Assembly (NCBI GenBank): GCA_008501825.1 | Contig: QQUA01000002.1 | Span: 232,695-296,694 of the forward strand | DNA from: Planctomycetota bacterium | GTDB taxonomy: Bacteria; Planctomycetota; UBA1135 | Length of the DNA: 64,000 nucleotides | Direction: 5' to 3' | In this document: piece after piece, positions 54,424 through 61,785 of the stretch | Layout: each line of letters begins with the position of its first letter | Position numbering within the stretch: position 1 is the first letter of the stretch | Program-made: the position numbers and the translations under genes | The notes under the pieces: generated by a model | What the model saw: the letters and a program-made list of their open reading frames with translations, nothing else | Told to the model about the DNA's origin: nothing | Database searches by the model: none

Positions 54424-54840
54424 CTAAGGGCATTTGCACCATTGAAAACTGTGGCCGTGATACCCCCCTTGGCAAGTGGATCCACAGTTGAAGTTGCTGC
54501 ACACCAGAAGCCCAATTCCATTCTCTTCGACGTAATAACCGTCACACTCTTGGCCGCTGCCCGGATGTCCGCACACATCACACCAATAGTAGGTCCCTCC
54601 TTCATCGTCCACGTCGGTGTAAACCGAACCCGAGTTACAAGTTTCCGGGACCGGGCAAAGCCCGAAACAATATGGGTTTCCCAAATCTGGAATTTTCAGC
54701 TTACAGCCGATGTAGAGAGCCGAGCCAGTGAATCGCCCATCGGGATCGTAATCCGAACTCTCGGAAGTCCGAAGACCCGGACCCAACCAACCAAGTAGGA
54801 AAGTGAGAACTACCAAAGACAAGCCAGGAAAAGTAGCCAT
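54424..54840 (-). CDS. Secreted cysteine-rich miniprotein (12 Cys in a ~110-aa mature region)
   Basis: Signal-like LSLVVLTFLLGWLGPGL. Cys clusters CKLK, CFGLCPVPETC, CDVCGHPGSGQEC, CSNFNCGSTC and CKCP. GGAAG lies upstream of the ATG. Confidence 0.55.
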   Translation of the reverse strand: MATFPGLSLVVLTFLLGWLGPGLRTSESSDYDPDGRFTGSALYIGCKLKIPDLGNPYCFGLCPVPETCNSGSVYTDVDDEGGTYYWCDVCGHPGSGQECDGYYVEENGIGLLVCSNFNCGSTCQGGYHGHSFQWCKCP

Positions 54841-54996
54841 GCTTCTTCCAATGGCAGGGACTTAGAAGATGAAATGTTTCGGGCGGCTCTCTTGAGGCAG
54901 CTACCCAGAAAATCGACCATATGCTTTCTCGCTCCGATTAGCAAGCAAGAAATTCAAATTGGATGGAGTTTGGCAAGCTCACCCTCATAAGGCCCA

Positions 54997-56436
54997 TCAA
55001 AAAAAAGGATGTTGCAAATTCCCAAGCAAGCGCAATCGCTCCAAAAGGGCCATCCAATCCGAGGCCTCGCTTCTGGGATTCATGAAGCAGCAACGCAGAT
55101 AGGTTCGGTCTCCTAAATCGGTTTGAACCAAAAAGAAACGGCCCTCCTCAATCAGTCGGCGCCGTAGATCCCGTTGATGCTGATTCCAATCTCGTCCTGC
55201 AGGCGGCCGATGCCGGAAGCAAACGATATTGGCTTGAGGTTCCAGCGCTAACTCGAATTCGGAATCAGAACGTAGCTGCTGAGCAAAGGCTTGAGCTTGC
55301 TGTACTCGCCCTTCCAGATGCTCGATCAAGACCTCCTCTCCATATAGGCTCAGCACCCCAAAGAGCTTCATGGCCATCATTCCCTTGGTGCATTCCAAGG
55401 TTCGATGCCCGAGATTGAACCATTCCCGTTCCGCTCGCTCTCGAAACAAATAAGAAGCCTCGCTGGCAAAGCTGCTCCAGGCGTGCCGGCCCTCGCGAAA
55501 CAATACTGCCGTGAGCAGGCTGGGAACCATCATCATTTTGTGAGCATCCCAGACCACCGAATCGGCAAATTCAATGCCGTCTAAGCGAGATTTCAGCCTG
55601 GGGCTGAGACAGAAAGGAGCTCCATGAGCGGCGTCAACGTGAAACCAAAGCCCATGTTGTCGGCAAACCGCCGCCAGAGCTGCCAAAGGATCGAAACTCC
55701 CGGTGGCGGTGCTACAAGCATTGGCGACCAACACGAAGGGAAGCTTTCCCGCTGCTTTTTCTTTCTCGATCGTGACCTGCAGGGTTTCAGCAGTTAAGCG
55801 ATAGTCAGCGCCTGTCGGCAAGGACACCACTTGATCGGCGGCAAGCCCCATCACTTGAGCGGCCCGGAGCACGCTGTAATGTGCTTGATCGGAAACCAGA
55901 AGTCTGGCATCGGAGGCCGGAAGTTGCGGGTAACGGCTCCGAAAAGCGGACCTGGCCGCCAACAAAGCGGTCAAATTGCCCAAAGAACCGCCGCTGGTAA
56001 ACAGTCCTTGACTGGTGTCGGGCAAGCCCAATTTGTCGGCCATCCATTGCAGCAGGCTCCATTCCATCGCCGCCCCAGCCGGAGCCATTTCGTAAACCGC
56101 CAAGCCATTGTTCAAGAATGCGGCCAGGGCGTCCAACAAAGCGGCTGCCGGCAACGGCGGACCGACTTGGTGCCCGAAGTAGCCCGGATGATGAAGACGA
56201 ATCGAGCGTTCCAAGACTTGCTCGACGAACTCGGATAGGGCCATACCTTTGCCACGGGCCAACAGCGCTTGCCAATCCTGCCACTGTTTCTCCGGCGGAT
56301 GCCAGGGTAGGACGGTTTCTCCTTCCCTGCCGTTCATGGACTTCAAATGATCGGCCAACCGATCAATCAAAGCGTGGCCTTGACGGCGAAATTCTTCGGG
56401 GTCAAGAGCTTGTTGCAAGGGGCTGGAAGTCATCAC
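54997..56436 (-). CDS. Group II PLP-dependent amino-acid decarboxylase
   Basis: HHPGYFGHQVGPP, TSGGSLGNLTALLAAR, and WFHVDAAHGAP with the PLP-lysine segment DSVVWDAHKMMMVP. Confidence 0.85.
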   Translation of the reverse strand: MMTSSPLQQALDPEEFRRQGHALIDRLADHLKSMNGREGETVLPWHPPEKQWQDWQALLARGKGMALSEFVEQVLERSIRLHHPGYFGHQVGPPLPAAALLDALAAFLNNGLAVYEMAPAGAAMEWSLLQWMADKLGLPDTSQGLFTSGGSLGNLTALLAARSAFRSRYPQLPASDARLLVSDQAHYSVLRAAQVMGLAADQVVSLPTGADYRLTAETLQVTIEKEKAAGKLPFVLVANACSTATGSFDPLAALAAVCRQHGLWFHVDAAHGAPFCLSPRLKSRLDGIEFADSVVWDAHKMMMVPSLLTAVLFREGRHAWSSFASEASYLFRERAEREWFNLGHRTLECTKGMMAMKLFGVLSLYGEEVLIEHLEGRVQQAQAFAQQLRSDSEFELALEPQANIVCFRHRPPAGRDWNQHQRDLRRRLIEEGRFFLVQTDLGDRTYLRCCFMNPRSEASDWMALLERLRLLGNLQHPFF

Positions 56437-56439
56437 CGC

Positions 56440-58128
56440 TTACCAGAACAGGGCGTACAAACCGGCAGTCAGGACGATAATCGAACATCCATACAACCGA
56501 GCTCGCGGGTGGGGTTCCAAATTCAATTGAGAAACAGGAAGTGGCTTGGCTTTCTGAAGAGGAGCTCGCCAGGTCCAGATCAACAGCATGGCCACTAAAA
56601 CCAGAAAGACCAGCAGCATGTGGTGAAGAAAAGCCAACTGGTGAAAGGATCGCATCCAGTCGGCTTGAATCCATGCGTCCCCAAAGCGGCAAAAGCCGTA
56701 CAAGGGAATGCCCGCCAGTAACGCCACCTTCGCCGCCGCAGGCGGAGTTTTCGGCACCAGCAAGCCGACCACGAAGACCGCCAGGATGCCAGGAGAAATG
56801 AATCCCCAAATCTCCTGGATATAAGCGAAAACTCCTTCAAAGCTGGAAATCACAGGAGCCCACAAACAGGCAAGGATGGCCAAAACGGCCGTGGCCCAGC
56901 GTCCGGTTTTCACGTCCTCCTGAGGAGAGCTCTCCGGTCTCCAATAACGCTTGTAAAGGTCCATGGTGAAAATGGTGGAAGCCGAATTCAATCCCGAATT
57001 GAACGTGCTCATTACGGCTCCACAAAGAGCGGCGAACATGATGCCGCGCAGGGATGCAGGCAAAAGGCGGGCAATCATGTAGGGATAGGCTTTGTCGCCG
57101 GCATGGCCACCCAAGGCGGAGATTTCCTGGCCGTACAACTGAAAAGCCATGATGCCGGGCATCACGATGATGAACGGAATGATCAACTTGATTAGGGCGG
57201 CCAGAAAAATCCCCTTTTGCCCTTCGGCCAAGCTTTTGGCTCCCAGGGTTCTTTGGGTAATGAATTGATTGAGCCCCCAATAAAACAAGTTCGGGATCCA
57301 AAGTCCGCCGATGAATACCGCCACCCAAGGAATATCGGGATCGTTCCAGGGCAATACGGTGTGCAATTTGTCCTGATTGAAGTCGACGAAATCCCGCCAT
57401 CCCTGGGTGAGGCTGCCATCGCCAATTTCTTTCAAAGCCAAAAAAGCCACCACTCCCCCGCCGAGCAGCAAGGCGCCGCCCTGCAATAAATCGGACCAAA
57501 CCACCGCCGTCAAGCCACCGTAGACGGTACAGGCGGCGGCGATGATTCCCACCATCCAGATCCCACAAAGGGTGGCCCAAAATTCGGCGCTTTCCCGCCA
57601 CGGAGCTTCGGCAGCCAAGGACAATCCGAACTGCTCGTGAAAAACGCGGGGCAATTCGAAAATCCCGTTCAAAGCCATGGCGCCGGAATAAAGCACCGTG
57701 GCCAACAACACGATCACATAGGCCACCATAAGAAAGGCGGCCATAATCGCTCTTGTTCCACCGTCGTAACGGTATTCCAAAAACTCCGGCATGGTGTAAA
57801 TACCAGCCCGCAAAAAGCGAGGAAGAAACCACCAAGCCACGAAAACCAAGGTCACCGCCGCCATCCACTCATAAGAAGCGATCGCCAAACCCACTCGTCC
57901 GAAGGCGGAGCCGGCCATGCCGACGAAGTGTTCGGTGGATATGTTCGAGGCGATCAAAGAAACCCCGATCAACCACCAAGTCAGCTTGCGGCCGGCAAGA
58001 AAATAATCCTCGGTACTTCTTTCCCGGCGGGAAACGTAAAGGGAAATACCGACCACCGCCGCCAAGAACAGCAGGAAGACCAAGGCATCCAACCCGGTCA
58101 GGGAAAGCGTGGCGAGGAGGGGAGTCAA
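56440..58128 (-). CDS. Sodium:solute symporter (SSF) family transporter
   Basis: About 13 TM segments. YFLAGRKLTWWLIGVSLIASNISTEHFVGMAG is the canonical SSF N-terminal signature. Its stop lies 3 nt before the decarboxylase start. Confidence 0.9.
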   Translation of the reverse strand: MTPLLATLSLTGLDALVFLLFLAAVVGISLYVSRRERSTEDYFLAGRKLTWWLIGVSLIASNISTEHFVGMAGSAFGRVGLAIASYEWMAAVTLVFVAWWFLPRFLRAGIYTMPEFLEYRYDGGTRAIMAAFLMVAYVIVLLATVLYSGAMALNGIFELPRVFHEQFGLSLAAEAPWRESAEFWATLCGIWMVGIIAAACTVYGGLTAVVWSDLLQGGALLLGGGVVAFLALKEIGDGSLTQGWRDFVDFNQDKLHTVLPWNDPDIPWVAVFIGGLWIPNLFYWGLNQFITQRTLGAKSLAEGQKGIFLAALIKLIIPFIIVMPGIMAFQLYGQEISALGGHAGDKAYPYMIARLLPASLRGIMFAALCGAVMSTFNSGLNSASTIFTMDLYKRYWRPESSPQEDVKTGRWATAVLAILACLWAPVISSFEGVFAYIQEIWGFISPGILAVFVVGLLVPKTPPAAAKVALLAGIPLYGFCRFGDAWIQADWMRSFHQLAFLHHMLLVFLVLVAMLLIWTWRAPLQKAKPLPVSQLNLEPHPRARLYGCSIIVLTAGLYALFW

Positions 58129-58210
58129 AGGCGGGCGGGGTCAGAGAGGCTCCGGCAGCAAATGCCGTTTGCAGGATCCTACGCCCTGCGCCAAAAGCGG
58201 ACTCCGGGAT

Positions 58211-58609
58211 TCAGCAGGTGGAGTGCAAAAGGGCGCCGACCGGAGCTTGAAGCCGTAAGCGGTTATAAACCCGAACCGCATCCCAAGTCGGTAACAAATG
58301 CACCCGAACTCCGCAACGGCGGCAATACTCCAGAGTTGTGGGACTGATGCGCAAACGCAACAAAACGCCTCGGGAAAGGACCAGAACCCGAGCTCCTCGG
58401 GCGATGAGTTCTTCAACGTCGGCCGGCAGGATCCCCGGCCGATGACGGGTACCGGTCTCTCGCCAATCCCACTCTCGAGCTCCTCCGGGATACAACTTGG
58501 CGTCCCGAAAAACGAGGCCCTTTTCCACCTCGACTCGTCCCCACTGTAGGCCGGTCACCTTGGGTGAGCTTTGCACCTCTCCGGCGAGCCTGGCAGGGAC
58601 GGGCTCCAT
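58211..58609 (-). CDS. Mth938/DUF498 (NDUFAF3-like) domain protein
   Basis: The pattern ITGLQWGRVEV..., ARVLVLSRG and GVRVHLLPTWDAVRVYNRL...VGALLHSTC fits the Mth938-like fold family. The start is set at ATG 58609. Confidence 0.55.
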   Translation of the reverse strand: MEPVPARLAGEVQSSPKVTGLQWGRVEVEKGLVFRDAKLYPGGAREWDWRETGTRHRPGILPADVEELIARGARVLVLSRGVLLRLRISPTTLEYCRRCGVRVHLLPTWDAVRVYNRLRLQAPVGALLHSTC

Positions 58610-58619
58610 AGCTACCAAT

Positions 58620-59333
58620 CTACCGCAAACAACGCCAAAGCCAGGCCTGAACCCTGGCAAGAACCGTACGCGGCCGTTCCATCGGACTGAAATGGCCGCA
58701 TTCCGGCAGAATGTGGCATTCAGCTCCGGTCAAAGCGGAAGCCATCGCCCGGCTGCAATCCGGCGGCGTCACTTGGTCTTGTTGCCCGCACAGCACCAGG
58801 GCCGGAGCTTGAATCCGATCAAGATGAGGCCGCCAATCCCGGCGCAAGAGCATGGCCTTTTGCTGTTGCAAAAAGGTCTGGAAGCCGTTTCGAAGCAGCA
58901 TGCTGCGGAGGCTTTCTCGGAGCTCCTCCCGTTTCAGGTGCCGGGGGTGCAAAAACCGCGGCAGCATTGCTTCCACGATGTCTTCGAAATCCTCCCCTCG
59001 AGCTTGGTGAAGCCAGGTTTCCCGCTGCCGCCGCTCCTCCGCTCGATCCGGTCCGGCTCGAGTGGACAGCAAAGCCAATCCGCCCAAGCGCTGGGGAGCG
59101 CGACAAGCCATTTCCAAAGCCAGATAACCACCGAAGGAAAAGCCGACCAGGAGGAAGCGGTCGGGCAGCCGGTTCAAAAGTCGATCGGCCAGTTGCGGCA
59201 GGCTTTGATTGCACTCCCAGGACGGCAGCGTTTCGACTTCGGCGTACTCCTCCAGCCCCGGGCGCAAGCCCTGCCAAAGCGCCCGGTCGCAAAGCAGGCC
59301 GGGCAGAAGCAACATGGGTAGGGCGGCTTCCAT
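58620..59333 (-). CDS. Alpha/beta-fold hydrolase
   Basis: Nucleophile elbow LVGFSFGGYLALE and C-terminal ECGHFSPMERP. ATG 59333 or 59315 is the probable start. Confidence 0.7.
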   Translation of the reverse strand: MEAALPMLLLPGLLCDRALWQGLRPGLEEYAEVETLPSWECNQSLPQLADRLLNRLPDRFLLVGFSFGGYLALEMACRAPQRLGGLALLSTRAGPDRAEERRQRETWLHQARGEDFEDIVEAMLPRFLHPRHLKREELRESLRSMLLRNGFQTFLQQQKAMLLRRDWRPHLDRIQAPALVLCGQQDQVTPPDCSRAMASALTGAECHILPECGHFSPMERPRTVLARVQAWLWRCLR

Positions 59334-59545
59334 GTGCGCAGGAGAAACCCGAAACGGCCTGAATTCCCTAATTCCTGGACCGACGACCGGCCAGGGCCGG
59401 AGGGCGGCCGGAAACATCCGCTCCTGGAATCCAGACCTTGCCTTCGGGATTTCAGCATTTATGGCTTAAAATTGAATCACTCCCCTGGCTGGAAAGCCAG
59501 AATCCCCAAACCGCGGACCCTTCCCCGTCCGCCCAAAGGAAAACC

Positions 59546-60583
59546 ATGCTCCGGATCCGATCCCTTTTCCTGGCAGGTCTTTGCACTCTTGGCCTAAGCC
59601 CCGGCCTGACTTCACAGGAATACCTGACCATTGCCTACGAATCGTTCGACTATGCCGCAGGCCCGTTGCAGGACATGAATGGCGGCCTCGGCTGGGCGGT
59701 GGATTGGTGGTCCGGCGACCTGGGCGATCACGCCATGGTGACCGACCCGGGTTTTGACGGCGTCGGCTTGAAAGCCACCACCCAAATCGAACACGGCGGC
59801 AGCTATCGGACGCTGGACAACGCTGGTTTCGACCCGATTTTGGACGCCGGCCGCTTCGGCCTCGATGGAACCGAAATCTGGCTCAGCTTTGAATGCGAGC
59901 GGGACCTTTTCAGCGACGATTGGTACGGCGGCATTTCTCTTTACGAGCAGTGGGTCGGAGAAAAACTGTTCGTCGGCAGCCCCTGGGGCGGTGACGAATG
60001 GGGTTTGGACCTACCCTTCGTCCTGTTCCCCGGCGTGGTGATCGGCACCAACTGCTCGGTGAAGGCCACCTTGTGGATGCAGGTCCGTTTCCTGCCCGGA
60101 GACGAGGAAGTCAATTTGTGGGTGGATCCGGCGACCGATTACCCCACCACCACTCCCGACGTGCAGATGTTCTTCCCGGACTTCCGCTTCAATGAAATCC
60201 GCCTGCAATCGGGAAGTGGAGTCACCACCGGGTTCCATTTCGACAACATTTCCATCACCACCCCGAACTTCCGTCCGGTCTTGGCGGTGTCCAATCTGAT
60301 CGGCGGGCAGGTGGCGGATTTCAACCTGTCGAACTTCACCCCGAACAGCACCGCCTACTTGATCTACTCGCCGTTCGGCCCGGGACCGACCCAGACCGCC
60401 TACGGCACCATGGACCTGACCATGCCGGTCACCGTCCTGCCCCAGTTGACCACCGACGCCAACGGCGACGCCCTGCTCCAGGCTCCGGTTCCGCCTTCGG
60501 CCACCGGCCGCACCCTGTGGTTCCAAGCCCTGGATTTCGCCCAGCCGATGTTCAGCAATATGGTGGAACAAGTCGTCGGCTAA
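59546..60583 (+). CDS. Secreted LamG/jelly-roll-like protein carrying the shared C-terminal module
   Basis: Signal MLRIRSLFLAGLCTLGLSPGLTSQ. The N-terminal domain has GGLGWAVDWW, GGSYRTL, TEIWLSF and YGGISLYE (LamG-like pattern). The C-terminal 60269-60580 ends in TLWFQALDFAQPMFSNMVEQVVG. Confidence 0.65.
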   Translation: MLRIRSLFLAGLCTLGLSPGLTSQEYLTIAYESFDYAAGPLQDMNGGLGWAVDWWSGDLGDHAMVTDPGFDGVGLKATTQIEHGGSYRTLDNAGFDPILDAGRFGLDGTEIWLSFECERDLFSDDWYGGISLYEQWVGEKLFVGSPWGGDEWGLDLPFVLFPGVVIGTNCSVKATLWMQVRFLPGDEEVNLWVDPATDYPTTTPDVQMFFPDFRFNEIRLQSGSGVTTGFHFDNISITTPNFRPVLAVSNLIGGQVADFNLSNFTPNSTAYLIYSPFGPGPTQTAYGTMDLTMPVTVLPQLTTDANGDALLQAPVPPSATGRTLWFQALDFAQPMFSNMVEQVVG

Positions 60584-60607
60584 TTGCCTTCGGAACGTTC
60601 CCTCGCC

Positions 60608-60650
60608 GCCGCGACTCGGACCCATCGGGACCGGGTCGCGGCCCTTTTGT
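60608..60650 (+). terminator. GC-rich hairpin terminator
   Basis: GCCGCGAC (60608-60615) pairs with GTCGCGGC (60635-60642), with inner pairing, and is followed by CCTTTTGTT. Confidence 0.5.
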
Positions 60651-60731
60651 TGGTCAGATACTGCCCCTTTGGTTACCATTTAGGGTGGAGCCCGCCGGAT
60701 CCATCTTCACCGGCACCCGATTGAAGGCCAA

Positions 60732-60776
60732 CCCGAGAGTGGTTTTCGACGGCGAATCGCACTCTCACACTCTCGG
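60732..60776 (+). promoter_or_regulatory. Structured 5' leader of the RRM gene with two alternative 3' pairing partners
   Basis: CCGAGAGTG (60733-60741) can pair with either CACTCTC (60760-60766) or CACTCTCGG (60768-60776). The latter ends 9 nt before the ATG at 60786. Confidence 0.3.
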
Positions 60777-60785
60777 AATCGGACG

Positions 60786-61067
60786 ATGAACATTTACGTG
60801 GGCAACTTGCCCTTCTCCGTTGAAGAGGAGGACTTGCGTCAGCTTTTCGAGGCCTTTGGAGCGGTTCAATCCTCCAGGGTCATTCAAGACCGGGAAACCG
60901 GTCGCTCCCGTGGATTCGGTTTCGTCGAAATGGACGACGCCGAAGGCCGGATGGCCGTCGAAGCCCTAGATGGCTCCGAACTGCAAGGCCGTCGCCTCAA
61001 GGTGAATGAATCGCAGCCCCGCGAAGACCGCCGTGGTGGCGGTGGCGGCGGTCGGCGGCGCTTCTAA
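60786..61067 (+). CDS. RRM-type RNA-binding protein with a Gly/Arg-rich tail
   Basis: RNP2 NIYVGNLPF, RNP1 RGFGFVEM and a C-terminal RRGGGGGGRRRF. Confidence 0.9.
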   Translation: MNIYVGNLPFSVEEEDLRQLFEAFGAVQSSRVIQDRETGRSRGFGFVEMDDAEGRMAVEALDGSELQGRRLKVNESQPREDRRGGGGGGRRRF

Positions 61068-61193
61068 GCTCTCGAAGGGACCTTGCAATGGGGTCCCCAT
61101 CGGCATCGAATGCCGGTGGTTCCGGGAGCCGCCTAGGAGGCCCTCCTCCTGAAATCCAGGTCTGTTCCCTATTTCTCGTCTTCGGCGGGAACC

Positions 61194-61237
61194 GCCTCTC
61201 CCTCGAAGGGTTCGCCCATCGAGGGAGAGGCTTTTTC
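61194..61237 (+). terminator. Strong rho-independent terminator
   Basis: A perfect 13-bp stem, GCCTCTCCCTCGA (61194-61206) with TCGAGGGAGAGGC (61219-61231), is followed directly by TTTTT. It abuts the stop of the convergent OsmC gene. Confidence 0.7.
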
Positions 61238-61785
61238 TATAGTCGTTTTTCTATGGTCAGATGACCACGAAGCGGAACGCCTTGGGCCAAGCTCATGCGA
61301 TTGGGACTCTGCCGCTCGACTTGCCGGTGAAGATGTTCAAATTGCTCCCGGCTGCCGTCGCCGGCAAGGTGCACCTGATACTCAATCTCCTGAAAAGCCA
61401 CCGGCACTTGCTCTTCGACGCCGAGGAAACCCCGTAAATCCAAATTCCCGCGAACTTGGATCTGCAATTTTTCCAATTGGATGCCAAGCACCGAGGCACC
61501 GACGGCATAAGCCACCAACAAGCAACCGCCCAAACCGGACAACAGGACTTCCTGTGGATTGGGCCCGTGGTTTTGACCCAACAGCGGTCTGGGCTCGTCG
61601 ATGGTCCATTGGAATTCTCTGGCCAGGCGATGGCGACCGAGTTGCATCGCCAAAGCGGTGACCTGAGATCGGGTGCCACTCTGCCAATCGAGCTGAACTC
61701 CGTAGGAAGCTTGGGCTTCTTTGCCGTCCTGCTTGACTTCGTGGACGAACTCGCTGAGACCGGAAAGGGAAATGCCGTTTTTCAT
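61237..61785 (-). CDS. OsmC/Ohr-family peroxiredoxin-like protein
   Basis: These are the last 182 codons of track ORF 61237-63033, starting at MKNGISL. DEPRPLLGQNHGPNPQEVLLSGLGGCLL is typical of the OsmC family. There is an ATGA overlap with the upstream PLP-enzyme gene. Confidence 0.8.
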   Translation of the reverse strand: MKNGISLSGLSEFVHEVKQDGKEAQASYGVQLDWQSGTRSQVTALAMQLGRHRLAREFQWTIDEPRPLLGQNHGPNPQEVLLSGLGGCLLVAYAVGASVLGIQLEKLQIQVRGNLDLRGFLGVEEQVPVAFQEIEYQVHLAGDGSREQFEHLHRQVERQSPNRMSLAQGVPLRGHLTIEKRL

